DNA of 63,949 nt, the filler included, from Piptocephalis cylindrospora (taxonomy: Eukaryota): the NCBI GenBank assembly GCA_003614145.1. It is 3 parts of 3 records of this genome, joined end to end, with 100 filler letters (N's around TTAATTAATTAA, not from the genome) between each part and the next. Parts side by side here need not be neighbours in the genome. Positions count along the whole stretch, not along the records: positions 23,748 to 46,984 come from KZ987793.1; 2 more parts are not named here. One strand, written 5' to 3'. Position 1 is the stretch's first letter; every line of letters begins with the position of its first letter. Below the pieces are notes generated by a model. That model did no database searches. It had not been told where the DNA came from and was given only the letters and a program-made list of their open reading frames with translations. The translations under genes and the position numbers were made by a program. Shown piece after piece: positions 25,542 to 36,798 of this stretch.

Positions 25542-25904
25542 ATGACGGCAAAGGACACCTCAGCCCAATCGCAAAATGGACCCTCCCCTCAGGTCCCGGC
25601 CTCTAGGGTGTCGGGAAAGACGTGGAAATCTGCAAGGACGGCGGCACGTAGGACACAGAGACCATCCTCGCTCAACAGAACGTTTGCACAGAGGATGGAT
25701 GAGAAGAAGAAGGCGGATATTGCCAAGGGCCTGGAACGAATGATGCGAGAGGGAAAGGAGGCGGATAAGCAGAGGAAGAAGGAGGTGCGGGAGGAACGGC
25801 AGAAGATCAAGGCCGAAAGGGAACGCATGGAACATCTCAAGACCGTGCTTTCTGCCAAGAAGTTGCAGAGGATGAAGCGAAAGCAATTGAAGAAGCGATC
25901 ATGA
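25542..25904 (+). CDS. CGR1: rRNA-processing protein Cgr1
   Basis: RVSGKTWK motif, coiled coil, and C-terminal SAKKLQRMKRKQ; 120 aa. Confidence 0.9.
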   Translation: MTAKDTSAQSQNGPSPQVPASRVSGKTWKSARTAARRTQRPSSLNRTFAQRMDEKKKADIAKGLERMMREGKEADKQRKKEVREERQKIKAERERMEHLKTVLSAKKLQRMKRKQLKKRS

Positions 25905-26158
25905 GCATGAGTGTATAAAATGTGGGTTTCTTTCTGATTGTGTAGGCTGTCACGGGGAAAGAGAACTTGGCCATGGAATGGAGAAGGAAAACACTCTGCA
26001 TTTTTACCTTGACATGTCATCTTCCTCCGTTGCAGTGGTAATGAATTAAGGAAGCAGTATGCATTTTTGCCTTGTCACTTCCACACTCCTCTTCCCCTTC
26101 TATATTTTACAGAGACTAGCCCTCAGCTCATGGATTGCGATGGAGGGATTGATCGATC

Positions 26159-27673
26159 CTAGAGGAATTTACCGAGGAAAGCAAGGATTTCTTTCTCGGT
26201 CAGCTTGTGGGTCTGAATTGTTTTATACTGAAAGGGATATGTTTAGGAGAAGGTGTATAATTCAAAGGAGCCCCACCGAGAAAAAGAAGCACACTTACCA
26301 GGTCAGTGTACACACCACCCAACATCTTACCACGTAATGCACTGTACATACTGTCCGATTGGGAAAGTTGGCACTTTTTGGTCAGGACATGTTCAATGTA
26401 CTTTTGAATTCTCTGATAGGAGGATTGAGTAAGTGGAACAAGATCAAGAAGGAAGGAGGATGGAATTCAGGTAGGAGGATGCGCGTACCGGGATGTTGTA
26501 AGCCTCCAAGGCCTCCTTTTTCTTCTGTCTTGTCTCAGAATCCATGGATTGGTATCTTTTGATCTTGGCTAGATCGGCTGAGGATTGTGATTTCTGAGGA
26601 TGAGGGGGTGAGAGAGAAGAGGAATTTAGTATAAAAAGGGTAGCCGGACACTCCTTGACACCAACCTACTTTTATTTTTGGACGAGTAGGAGTGGACAGA
26701 GGGTTAGACTGATTGGATATGACTGGAAGGGTGCTGGATCGCTTGATTCGTTTGGGAGAAGTGAGCATGGAGGATGGCTCTTCGGAAGACGAAGAGGAGG
26801 AGGAGGAGGGAGGATCAGCTGGCCGCTTGGGCTCAGAAGCTCGAATGGGGCCCTGTGTAGGATGGAGGAGAAGGAATGCCGATGCAACTTGACATTTTGA
26901 TGTTCTTCCTTTGGATAGGTTCTCATTATTGCTTGCATGGTATGGGGAGGATGAGGAGGATGATATAATAGCTTGGGCAATCGAGATACTCTCCTCCGAA
27001 CAATAGGGCAACGGCTGGAAGAGACCACTGGGATAGGATTCTCGTTGACGATAGCCAAAGTAAAGGATGGTTTTGGAAGCGGAGGAGAGAAACATAATGA
27101 TGTGGGATGGGAGCTGAGGGGATGAAGAAGGGTCCCTCCTGGCTTGAATGATGCTTTTCTCGGCGGGAACAGGCAAGTCAAAGGGATTGGTAAGGCTGGG
27201 AGTGGAGTCAGCTTTGAAGAGGATGAACCTGGATGAGAGTGAGGCATTCGGGGTAGACAATGATGTTTCCTTTTGCGATGGACGAAGGAGCTGAAGAAGA
27301 TAGCGTTTGGCCGTCATATCCAATCCATCCACGAATCTATCTCCCGAGATATGGGAAAATGGTCAAAGTTCCGGTCTACTCTTAATCTTCCATATTTGTC
27401 TCTGGCAACGGATACCCTTCCCTCCCAAATTCGCTCACACCATTCCCCCAATACTTACACGCGACCACGAGTACCGACGAGATTGGGGATGGGTGGAAGA
27501 GAGGATGCCACAGCTATGGGGACAAGGGTCACTGGTGCGTCTTGGCTCAAGTGCTGTGCACCAACCGTCTCGGAACCCAAAGACAGGCCCTTGTACCGAG
27601 TAGGAGTGGGGAGATGAGGGGAAGGAAGGGCGAGAGAAGCATGCCAGAGAGGGGGGTACTGCTTGTACTCCAT
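26159..27673 (-). CDS. Five-exon hypothetical protein, candidate Sld7/MTBP-like replication factor
   Basis: Canonical introns link MEYKQYPPLWHASLALP... to a C-terminal helical domain (YNIPRIQKYIEHVL...MYSALRGKMLGGVYTDL-YKTIQTHKLTEKEILAFLGKFL*). The gene model is well supported; the Sld7 resemblance is tentative. Confidence 0.45.
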
Positions 27674-27992
27674 GTTGTTTACTTTTGCAACAAAGAGGGG
27701 AGATGAACGAGTACACGAAGGAGGGGGGGAAGCACGGCAAGAGGAGAAAGAGAAGCACGGCACGAAGGAAAGGAAAGGAGAGCTTGCATCATCAAAGGTA
27801 AACAACACCGTCCTGTCCCTTTTATACCTCCTAGGGCGGCCCAAGGCCGAGACTCCGACCCTGGGCACTCCAATGGACCCACACTGTACATAACATAATG
27901 AGTTCGTTGTGCTGCTCGGGAAGGAAAGTAAACATCCACCTTGGCTGGGTATTCTCGCTCTGCCTTTCTCTCGCCTGCTCTGATCGTTCAGC

Positions 27993-28464
27993 ATGACTAC
28001 GCCAGCCACTTTAGTCAAGTACCCTCCAGGGCAGGATGTTGTATCCAAGGAAACCAATAGCAATGTTCATGCTCTGTTTTGTCCACGGGAAGGCTGTCGG
28101 TCTAAAGTTCTTACCCCAGGCTCGGCTAGTCTTTTGACTCTTGAGAAGGAGCAGGTCAGTGGGGGAAGAATTCTAGCTTGAGGGGGATACTCTAACTAAA
28201 CCCGCTCTCCGCGCCGAGTAGCTCCCAAAAGAGATGGCTTCAGCGTCGGGAAAGGTATGGGTGGTGCATGAGGTCATGGCTTTTTACAACATTGGCGTAT
28301 CCAAGCCCCTACCCAACCCGAATCCCACACAGGCCCGATACTTGGCGTGTGCTGATTGTGATCATGGACCCTTGGGATGGCATGATCCCAGTGTTAAGGA
28401 TGAGCAAGGTCGGCTTCTTTGGATCATCCCAGTTGAGCGGGTGAGGTATCAGGAAGAGGCTTGA
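27993..28464 (+). CDS. DSS4: Mss4/Dss4 (RABIF) Rab nucleotide-release factor
   Basis: Exons 27993-28154 and 28222-28464. Zn ligands CPREGCRSKVL and YLACADCDHGPLGW, plus MAFYNIGVSK. Confidence 0.92.
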
Positions 28465-28656
28465 GAGGAAATGGATATAGGGTGGAGATGGATGGGGATG
28501 GGATAAAGAAAGATCCATATTGTCATCATCGCCTCCTACTTCTGTCTTTGTCGGATGGATAGTACATGCAAAGATGGATCATCCATGATCCATCTCGAGT
28601 TCTCCTCAATACACACAGCTACATCATTGGAACTGGGAATGAAGAGAAGGGGGACA

Positions 28657-29380
28657 TCAGATGGGGAGACGATGCGTCGTGTCCCCAGGAGAGCTGGAGG
28701 AAGATGAGGAAGAAGATGTAGGGTCACCATCCCCATAGACGACACTCCAGTATCGACGGAGGGTAGAGGAGATGGAAATCACCAGGAGGGTCCTTGTCGG
28801 TGGAAGGGATAGGGGAGAAAGGCTCTCTGAATCATCCGTTACATCCTCCTCTCCTACCTCTTCCTGCTCGGACGGGTCCATCATGGCTCGGGAGGCACGC
28901 CGAAGCCATTGCTTTGAGGACTGTGTGGGTGGTAAGGGCTGAAAGATGACCAAGACGGCCGTGAATCCAATGAGGGCCAGAAGAGCGTCTAGTAGGAATA
29001 CCAGGATTTTTGGGGTCCCACCTGGTACTGATAAGAGGGAAGAGTCAGAGCGGAAGGAGGGAAGGGTTGGGTTAATCCATCCTCGCTCACTATAGCCAAG
29101 ACAACCTACCTGGTCCAAAAAAGTCAATGACAACCCCCGCCCCCCCGGACTCTACAAAGAGATGCTGAAGTACAGCAAGAACAGAGGGCACCAGGGTGTA
29201 AAAGAGGGCCTGTCTCAGGGTAAGGTCCGGGGCTGCCCTTAGGATGGCACTATACAATAAGTTCCGAAGGAGGAGGAGGAGTAGGGAAGGAGAGACGAGG
29301 TAGGAGAGGATGGAGAGGGTGAGGAAGAGTCTTGTGAATAGGTTGATTAAGGCCTTTCTTGCACAATCTGGGCTTAACAT
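28657..29380 (-). CDS. DUF1746 membrane protein (Dsc4/Gld1/Vld1-like)
   Basis: Exons 29380-29110 and 29027-28657. Four TM segments, GVVIDFFG motif followed by LVFLLDALL, then an acidic loop. Confidence 0.7.
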
Positions 29381-29624
29381 GAGAGATGGAATAGGGCGGG
29401 GTAGGGTGGAATGAGATATGGAAGGGGATTGGGATGAATAGGAAAGGAAGACTCAAGGTGAACGAGACGTCGATGAGTTTTTGAACGACTGTCCGTCTCA
29501 GACTGGGTGGGCGCGTAGACGTAGGCATGAGGCGGCCGTGTGGGAAGGTGGGGATTTTGTATACATATTGTATAGGGAAGTATGGAACGGTGGCTTATAT
29601 GCTTTATCAGGAGTAATCGCCCTT

Positions 29625-30727
29625 TCAGCCCTCTTCATTATCCTCATCCGTTGTAGATGCGTCATTGGATAAACATGCCAAACACATAGTTCTGCCGCAT
29701 TGCCCATCGCCAGGACATTCTACAGGGCGGGGTGAATGGGGGAGAGTCAGTTTGGATCTGGCAAGGTCGAGAATCCCCGATCTCATATATCCTTACCTGA
29801 TGATCCTTTTGCAGAAGGGTGTTTTTTCAGGGGCGAGGAGATAGAAATGGCTCTAGGAGTGGATAGGGGTTCCTTTAGATGTAGTCTAGAGAGTTGGGAA
29901 GGACGAGAAGGAGTTTTGATTTCGAGTGGAGTGGATGTTCTTGGCGAGGAACGGTAGAAGGTCTTGATGTCAAATGGAGTGGATCCCTTCAATTTTAAAG
30001 GGGAAGGCGGTTGGGATTTGCTCAGGGCCCCTGAGATTGGCGTAGGCCGTGATGGAGAAGCGATACCTTTCATCATCTCTTCTTCACCGCCCATCCCGAT
30101 TCCTCGAGTGGCCTCAAGCCAGATGGACCACCTCTCCAGGCGGTCCTGTAGCATATCCGGATCCATGGGATTGAGAGCCAATGGAGTGGTGGATGATTCA
30201 TTGCTGTTAATGCGGCCAGTATCAAGAGCCTCCTCCTCTTCGCCATCGTCATCATCGTCATCATCGTCATCATAGTCACCATAGTCGCCATAATCCTCCT
30301 CTTCATAGCCATCCTCCTCATTCATCGTGCATGATCTTTTGGAATATTCATCTTCCTCCTCGTCATCCTCCGTCCATTCAGATCGATCCCTCTTCCTCCA
30401 TCGCGTACTCCTCCCATCCTCTCCGCCAATGCCTCGACGGTCCACTTGACGGAGATGGCCTTGGTCCACCACGACTTCCCCAGTCTGAAGGTCAATCTCA
30501 TCACTCAAGCCTTCAAAGGATCGGTTGTACCGTTGGATAATGTCCCTCCAAGTGGTTTGAAGTCTAGAAAGGGACCCTTCCCTAGCCTGATGTAGCCCCT
30601 CGACGGTGGAAACGTCCATGCTAGGGGGGGAAGGGGGAGGGGAGTCGTTGCATGAAGAATATAGTGGATGGTCATTTTGCTGAAGAAAGTCCGTTGTCTT
30701 TCTAAGAAGTGGGGTATGAGGTAACAT
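29625..30727 (-). CDS. SCM3: CENP-A chaperone Scm3 (HJURP homologue)
   Basis: Scm3 domain RLQTTWRDIIQRYNRSFEGLSDEIDLQTGEVVVDQGHL. Exons 30727 (or 30619)-29797 and 29719-29625; the last exon encodes CPGDGQCGRTMCLAC. Confidence 0.88.
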
Positions 30728-31099
30728 TGGGAAGGACGAGATGAGGTAAAGATGAGAAGAAAGAAGGGCCCGACGCGTTGTGACACGTCGATAATCAAGG
30801 TGATGATTTATTGTTTTGGATGGGACGAGATACGTGAAAGGTGAGGATAAATACCTGGGACTTGATCATTAAAGACTATCCTCGGTAGAGAAAAATCCAT
30901 AATTAATTTAATAGATGCATGATAAGTCATAAATTTACTCGTTTGGAAATAAGCTTAAAGGAAAAGTATAGTAGTAGTAAACAGCGAAATGGCTTAAAGA
31001 AAAAATGTATCGAGGAAGATAGCCTGTTGAATTTAAATTAATTCAACCTAACCTAAAGTCATCATAGAAAAAATGATTTATTTACACAGGGAAATGGCG

Positions 31100-33475
31100 T
31101 TAAAGCGGATCCATACTGGAAAAATGCCCAGGAATCCTTAGAGATGGCCTTTGGGGAGTAGGCATACCTGGGATACCCTCAGTCTCTTCCTCCTCATTAT
31201 TATCGTCATCGTCATTGCTATGGAGTTGGTCATCCTCTGGACTCTTTCCAAGGGACATCTCTTGCAGTAAACGTCGCTCAAGAAAAGTGGGTTCCACGGC
31301 GCCCATACTGCGAGCGAGGCCGATGGACCTGGGGAGTTGAATGGGCTCAACTTCCTCTTCCTCTTCCTCCTCCTCCTCCTCCTCCTCCTCCTCATACTCA
31401 TCCTCATCTTCCTTAGGTAATGGATGATCCGTATAGGACCAAGGAAGGGATCGGCTCAGAGCACTAAAGAGTCGGGTCAGACCATGAAATAGACCTGATG
31501 AAGGACTAGTAGATGGGGCAGAGGTATTAATATCCCCCGCCTCCTCAATCTCCTCATCCTCCCCATCAGGGATGGAGAGGGAATGGATGGAACGAATGGT
31601 TCCGCTCATGACAGGAGTATCTCTTGAGGATTCTGGACCCTTCCAAGCCGGTCCATCCCAGGATGTAGAGGAGTCCTTGGCTACTTTTGTCTCCTGAGAG
31701 TCCTGGGTATCCCGGGTGGTAGTGGGAGATAGGGTGGGAGAGGAGATGGGAGAGGGTATATGATCCACCTCCTCGCCTGACATCCCTTCTTCCTCTTCTC
31801 CTTCCTCCTCCTCGGGCATGACCTCACCCGTTAAAGTCTTGTTCATGAGCGGAGAAAAGTGAGAGGCGTTTTGGGGAGTATAATTATCATGATCATCTCC
31901 ATCCTTACCACCTTTTCGTGGAAGATTAGGTAAGGGCTTCCTGAGGAAAGGGGATTCGCGGATGGCTCTACGGGTAGATGGAGCAGCAAAGGGCTGGTAG
32001 AGACTCTTTTCCCTTCTGGGCCGGATCCTCTTTGGAGTCATCCCCTTGGAGGAATCTTTTCGTTCTAACGGTGGCCTGGATGGTTTGGATGGCTTGGGTG
32101 ATTTGGATGGCATGGGGATGGATATAATCTGTTGAGGTGGGGAAGGGGGACTGGAATGGTCATGAGGGAGCTTGGTATGAATTTTCCTATCCTTGGAGGC
32201 TAACATGGGAGAATCGGTGACAGTGGCCTTTGCGATCATCTTTGGGGAGGAGGGAGGAGAGGTAGATGCCGGGTCAAAATGCTTTGGAGAGGGTCTCGGC
32301 CCGCCAGCGTGTCCTATGGCAGGGGAGGAACTCTGACCTCGGTTGTATCCAGGACCAGGAGAGGCGCTTGGACGCCGAGTACCCGCACGTCCCTTTCCCT
32401 TCCGCTCCTTTTTCTTCCTCCGCCTTTCAGTCTTATGAGAGGCACCATCTTCCCTGCCCTCCTCTTCATCCCAAAGGGATAGAGGGTGACAGAGGATGAG
32501 AGGTACATCAACTGTAAGATCCTTAGTGAAGAGAACACTGGTGGTGAGAGTGACACGTAAGAAGCAATCCAAGTGAAAGGTGGAGGCACGAAGGGTGATG
32601 TAGGAGTCAGGGATGACGAGAGAGACCTCGACGTCCTTTTCCTCTCCTGGAGGAAAAGACCAATCCGGCAGGGCATCAAAGACCTGTTCTCCTCCTACAA
32701 GTTGGGTTCCCGCGTCCACCATCTTTCCTTCCTCCATCCTAACCCATAGGCGTTGACCTAGACCGACGCGAACGCCATTTACCCTGCGCCTGGACGCATT
32801 AGTGACGCGGATACGAAGGAGGATGGGGTGATTGGTGGTATGGAGAAGCCTTTCGAGCCCAGCATGCAGCCTGACACAGCCATGCCCACCAAACAAGAGC
32901 CTTTGATCAGTGAAGGACTCGGAAGGGACGCGATACATGGGGAGGTTGGGTTGGATGCGGGCGGTGACGGAGACGCCTCTGGATTTGTACATGGTGTCCA
33001 GGACACCCTTCCTGGAGACTTCGACTACCCCGGTGATGACATATCTTAAAGCAGCATCGCCTTCCTCATGTCGGGTGGAGGAGGGGGTATCCAGGGGGAG
33101 TGGGAAGGAGAAGGGGAATGTGGTGTGACCCCTCCTTGCCCTCCAGTACCCTGAGGGCTCTTCAGCTCCACTGGCCTTGACGGCCTTGGAGGGAGGGAGA
33201 TGAGGGGCTTGGTAGAGGATACGAGAGGAGATGAAGGACTGGGTGGTGGTGATGACCTTGGAGGAGATTTGCTCGTAGGCGGTGAACTCGACGGATATTT
33301 CACCAAACGACAGGGATTTCGACGAGGTGGAGGTGAGTCTCAGATATCCTTGGATTGTGGACCCTGCCCTAAGGGTAGATTGACCAGTCAGATGGATGCT
33401 CAGTCGGACCTGGGAGGATCTGTTTTGTGTCAGCGGTCTGAATTGGACCGAGTGAAGGGATGGAGCGGAGGTCAT
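31100..33475 (-). CDS. Arrestin-domain protein with long Pro/Ser- and acidic tail
   Basis: Arrestin_N (GSTIQGYLRL, TTFPFSFPLPLDTPSS, LRYVITG) and Arrestin_C (IRVTNASRRRVNGVRVGL, DLTVDVPL). Start taken at MTSAPS, after a CT-rich leader. Confidence 0.82.
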   Translation of the reverse strand: MTSAPSLHSVQFRPLTQNRSSQVRLSIHLTGQSTLRAGSTIQGYLRLTSTSSKSLSFGEISVEFTAYEQISSKVITTTQSFISSRILYQAPHLPPSKAVKASGAEEPSGYWRARRGHTTFPFSFPLPLDTPSSTRHEEGDAALRYVITGVVEVSRKGVLDTMYKSRGVSVTARIQPNLPMYRVPSESFTDQRLLFGGHGCVRLHAGLERLLHTTNHPILLRIRVTNASRRRVNGVRVGLGQRLWVRMEEGKMVDAGTQLVGGEQVFDALPDWSFPPGEEKDVEVSLVIPDSYITLRASTFHLDCFLRVTLTTSVLFTKDLTVDVPLILCHPLSLWDEEEGREDGASHKTERRRKKKERKGKGRAGTRRPSASPGPGYNRGQSSSPAIGHAGGPRPSPKHFDPASTSPPSSPKMIAKATVTDSPMLASKDRKIHTKLPHDHSSPPSPPQQIISIPMPSKSPKPSKPSRPPLERKDSSKGMTPKRIRPRREKSLYQPFAAPSTRRAIRESPFLRKPLPNLPRKGGKDGDDHDNYTPQNASHFSPLMNKTLTGEVMPEEEEGEEEEGMSGEEVDHIPSPISSPTLSPTTTRDTQDSQETKVAKDSSTSWDGPAWKGPESSRDTPVMSGTIRSIHSLSIPDGEDEEIEEAGDINTSAPSTSPSSGLFHGLTRLFSALSRSLPWSYTDHPLPKEDEDEYEEEEEEEEEEEEEEVEPIQLPRSIGLARSMGAVEPTFLERRLLQEMSLGKSPEDDQLHSNDDDDNNEEEETEGIPGMPTPQRPSLRIPGHFSSMDPL

Positions 33476-34238
33476 TTGGAGAGTGAAAGTGGAGGTGGAT
33501 GCTGGATGGGATATGATGCAAATGTGAAGATAGTGGGAAAGAGGGATGAGAGAGCTGGGAGAGGGGAGTTCGGAGAGCTGGCTTAAGTAGGGGGATGGGG
33601 GAGGTCGGAGTGGGAAAATGGGTCGGAGTGGGGGATGGGCCGGAGTAGACACGATCGGAGGATGGTTGGTTAAGTGGGAGTAAGAGAGGCCGAGGTGAGG
33701 GAGCAGAGATTTGATGATGGAATAAAAGTGAGCCAGGATCAGTGGGTGTGTGCTTGTTGTTGTTGATGCTGATCTTGGACCGAGGGAGCGAGGGTATACC
33801 GATGATCCAGCCCAGCTCGACTTTGTCCAGAAAGATGGGTCAGCCATCATTCCCATTTGATGCAGGTCATCAGGTGTGATGATAAGACGGAAAGGGATTT
33901 TTGGTGACAGGAAGGGGATACGGGGATGTGAGTGACAGCAAGGGCCTTATCAGGATATGACAGGAAGGGCATGAGGATATGACAGGAAGAGATGACACGA
34001 GAGTTGATGTCTGTACTAAGAGTAGGGTGATAAGAGGAGGAGGAGGAGAAAGATGAAGGCGATACAGTTGGTGTGTAATTGACTTGGTAAATATTTCGAG
34101 GTTGGATCCATTTCGGGGAAAAGGATAGATATGACGGCTGAGTGAGTTGGGCATGAGAGATGAATAAGGGTATGAAGAATGTGTGTAAGGGGAGGTAAAG
34201 ACGTAAAAGGTACATTAGATGGGCATGGCCGGATAGGA

Positions 34239-34712
34239 TTAACGAGGTTGAGGGGGTTGGCTGGGGACCGAGGGAAGGGATGGGGAGGGATGAGGGTAGG
34301 ATGGAGTTTTTCTGACCACAGGGGAGGTATGACGACGTTGTCGTAGGTAAAGGATATCACGGTGAAGGATGTATAATTTGGGGGTACTGTCCTTGGGAGC
34401 TACCTTGTTCTCCACTTTATCCTTCTTGGCTGCACCCTCCTCCTTCTTGCTCTCAGTCTCCTTCTTGCTTCCATCCTCCTTTTTCTTTCCTCCCTCCTCA
34501 TCGATAGAGTCGAGAGTTTTGGGCTGGCAAAAGGATGGGTCTTGCAGATGAGAGGGACACGTGTAGAACCAGTCGACGGTCGCAGGGGCGGGTTGGCCTG
34601 GACTCGCACTAGTAATGAGCAAGTGTCTAGTAGGACGATAACATGTATCACAGGAGCCTTCCTTGATACCCCTTCGTTCTTGGTATTGGTTTAGCAGAGC
34701 GGTGGCTGACAT
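34239..34712 (-). CDS. VFA1: Vps4-associated protein Vfa1 (DUF1742)
   Basis: CDTCYRPT...DWFYTCPSHLQDPSFC, a Lys/Glu linker, and YILHRDILYLRQ. Confidence 0.85.
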   Translation of the reverse strand: MSATALLNQYQERRGIKEGSCDTCYRPTRHLLITSASPGQPAPATVDWFYTCPSHLQDPSFCQPKTLDSIDEEGGKKKEDGSKKETESKKEEGAAKKDKVENKVAPKDSTPKLYILHRDILYLRQRRHTSPVVRKTPSYPHPSPSLPSVPSQPPQPR

Positions 34713-34952
34713 GACGGAAGAGAAGGAGAGGGGATGTGAGGACGTGCGGCAGAGCTAGGAGGGGACGACGACGACTAGGTCCGCGGACCATGTGAACACA
34801 CTTGTGTATAGAGCAACCGACACACATACAGGGAGTTTGCGGGATAGATAAGGTCTCCTTCTTTCAACAGCGCCTAACCATCACTACCAATAAAAGAAAA
34901 CACATTGTATACTCTGACAAGGGTCGACCCAACCTAGTGGATAAGGGCTGAT

Positions 34953-35495
34953 TCACCTTCGATCACTGAAATGATCCAGGGTCAATTTGAGTTGTTTCTC
35001 TATAAAGGATAGTAGTGTATATAAGCACATGTGCGGTTGACGCCAATGATAGAAAGAGAGCAGCTTACTTTGTCGCTTCACAGAATAGAGAAACCATGCA
35101 ATGGCATCAGGCTCATAGGGCGGGGCTACGGATTCAAAGTGTCGCTTGGCCATGGCTCTCTCCTCCCCAGGAACCTTGCGGGTACCAGTTGACCCGGGCG
35201 GGGGACGGGGCTTGTGAAGGAGACAGTACCGACGGATGGTAGCATCGTCGACTTTGCCAAAGTCCATCTTCCTCTCCTCTGCCCCGTCCATCTCGGAGTG
35301 GCGTCTCTTTTGCCCTGCTGCCGTCGTTGAGCCAGAGGAGGGCTTTACCGAGGAGTGTGACTTTGGCTTTGCTCGATGGCTTGACCCGCCTTCCTGGTGG
35401 GCGTTGGCAAGTTGAGAGGCGGTGGCCATGGAGGTCGAGGAGATGCCCGAGGGTTTCAAGGCAGGGGATCCGGTAGGCTGTCTTTTCGGGGCCAT
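34953..35495 (-). CDS. SAP30: Sin3-associated protein SAP30-like (Sin3-binding domain)
   Basis: MDFGKVDDATIRRYC...AKRHFESV...EPDAIAWFLYSVK. Exons 35495-35069 and 34999-34953 (69-bp stop-free intron). Confidence 0.8.
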   Translation of the reverse strand: MAPKRQPTGSPALKPSGISSTSMATASQLANAHQEGGSSHRAKPKSHSSVKPSSGSTTAAGQKRRHSEMDGAEERKMDFGKVDDATIRRYCLLHKPRPPPGSTGTRKVPGEERAMAKRHFESVAPPYEPDAIAWFLYSVKRQSKLLSFYHWRQPHMCLYTLLSFIEKQLKLTLDHFSDRR

Positions 35496-36732
35496 TTTTG
35501 GATTGAGCGGTTGGAGCAAAGGGACAAGACGAAGGAAGGAAAGAAAGGAAAAGAGCAATAGAGAATATGAATGATGCGTCAACATTCATTCCTACACTCG
35601 TCTTGTGTCCATCTCCAAACCCTCCCCTCCTGTGTCCCTCTATATTCTATCACGCAGGTTACCCAGGAGCGTCCCTTTGGGCTGTGTACGCTAACAGCCC
35701 TGACTGGGGATGGAGTGAGGAGGATGTATTGCGCGGGTACTACTTTATTGGTGTCTGTGGCACGCATGCTACCTGCCTTCACCGTCAAAGTTTTAAGCCT
35801 GATCTCCTGGCTCAAGTGATGTGACAAGGAACTGTGTGGTCGTAGTCGAAAGAGGTATATAATGTACTACAATCTGGCACAGTGAACCACCGGAACCACC
35901 CCATTTTTGGGGAATCCACAGCATGGACCGTATTCACAAAACACACACCGAGGAGGAAGTCAGAGTCAGGAAAAAAGGCCCATAGAGAGCGCCAGTATCT
36001 TGAGGAGCCGGGAGAAGAAAGGTCCAAGGATGGAAGTCAAAGGGATGTAGGGAAATACTTGGAGACAAGCATTGTTAACTGTGTGGTCGTAGTGATGAGC
36101 TGATTTTGTTTGAAAACCCATTTATTTCTTGGCCTCCATACCAATTATTTGCCATGTAGGGTTTTACCCAAAAAAAAATGCCTGTTGGGGTAGGCAGATA
36201 AGCCCGAGCGCTACTCTACACACAATTTAGTATGTGAGTATGTAGTGTCGTTCATCCTGCAGTGATGAGCTAGTTGATTTATAGATGATGAGATTGCATT
36301 TCACTTTGGTGGTGAATTTTGAGGAGGGAGGGGAAATCCGGCTAGAGTACACCCAACAGGTTGCATCCAGGTAAGGTTTCGGCAGGGCTCTCGCGCTTGC
36401 GCACTTACCCATAATAGAGAAACTGAAGGAGGCTCATTCAGTTCAACTCCTCACTCCGCCACAAAGGCTGGAGAGGAGAGGAGAGGAGATGCAGTTTAAA
36501 GTGCGCGATCGGAGTGGGAAAGGGCCAATATGATTTTCCTTCATCCACCAGATGCACAGACTGCTACGGATACATCTCAGTCTGGCTTTCTTTGACTACT
36601 ATCCTCTCCTCAACTCACGCTTCTTTTCTTTCCCTCCCCTCTCTCTATCTCGCCTTCATTTCCCTCTCTTTCTCCCTGATCTTTCTGAATTAACGCTTTC
36701 ACACGCTATACCTACCCTCTTCTTCGACATCC

Positions 36733-36762
36733 CACCACCACCACCACCACCACCACCACCAC
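36733..36762 (+). repeat. (CCA)n microsatellite
   Basis: About ten CCA units seen directly. Confidence 0.9.
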
Positions 36763-36798
36763 CTTCTCCTCCTAGCACCCCAACTCCGTCTTCTCAAT

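Noticed and set aside
33476..33856. Extended N-termini given by the ORF track (arrestin, LONRF, MMM1, GDPD, CGR1)
   Set aside because: They derive from stop-poor CT-rich leaders or non-ATG starts; downstream ATGs fit the domain boundaries better.
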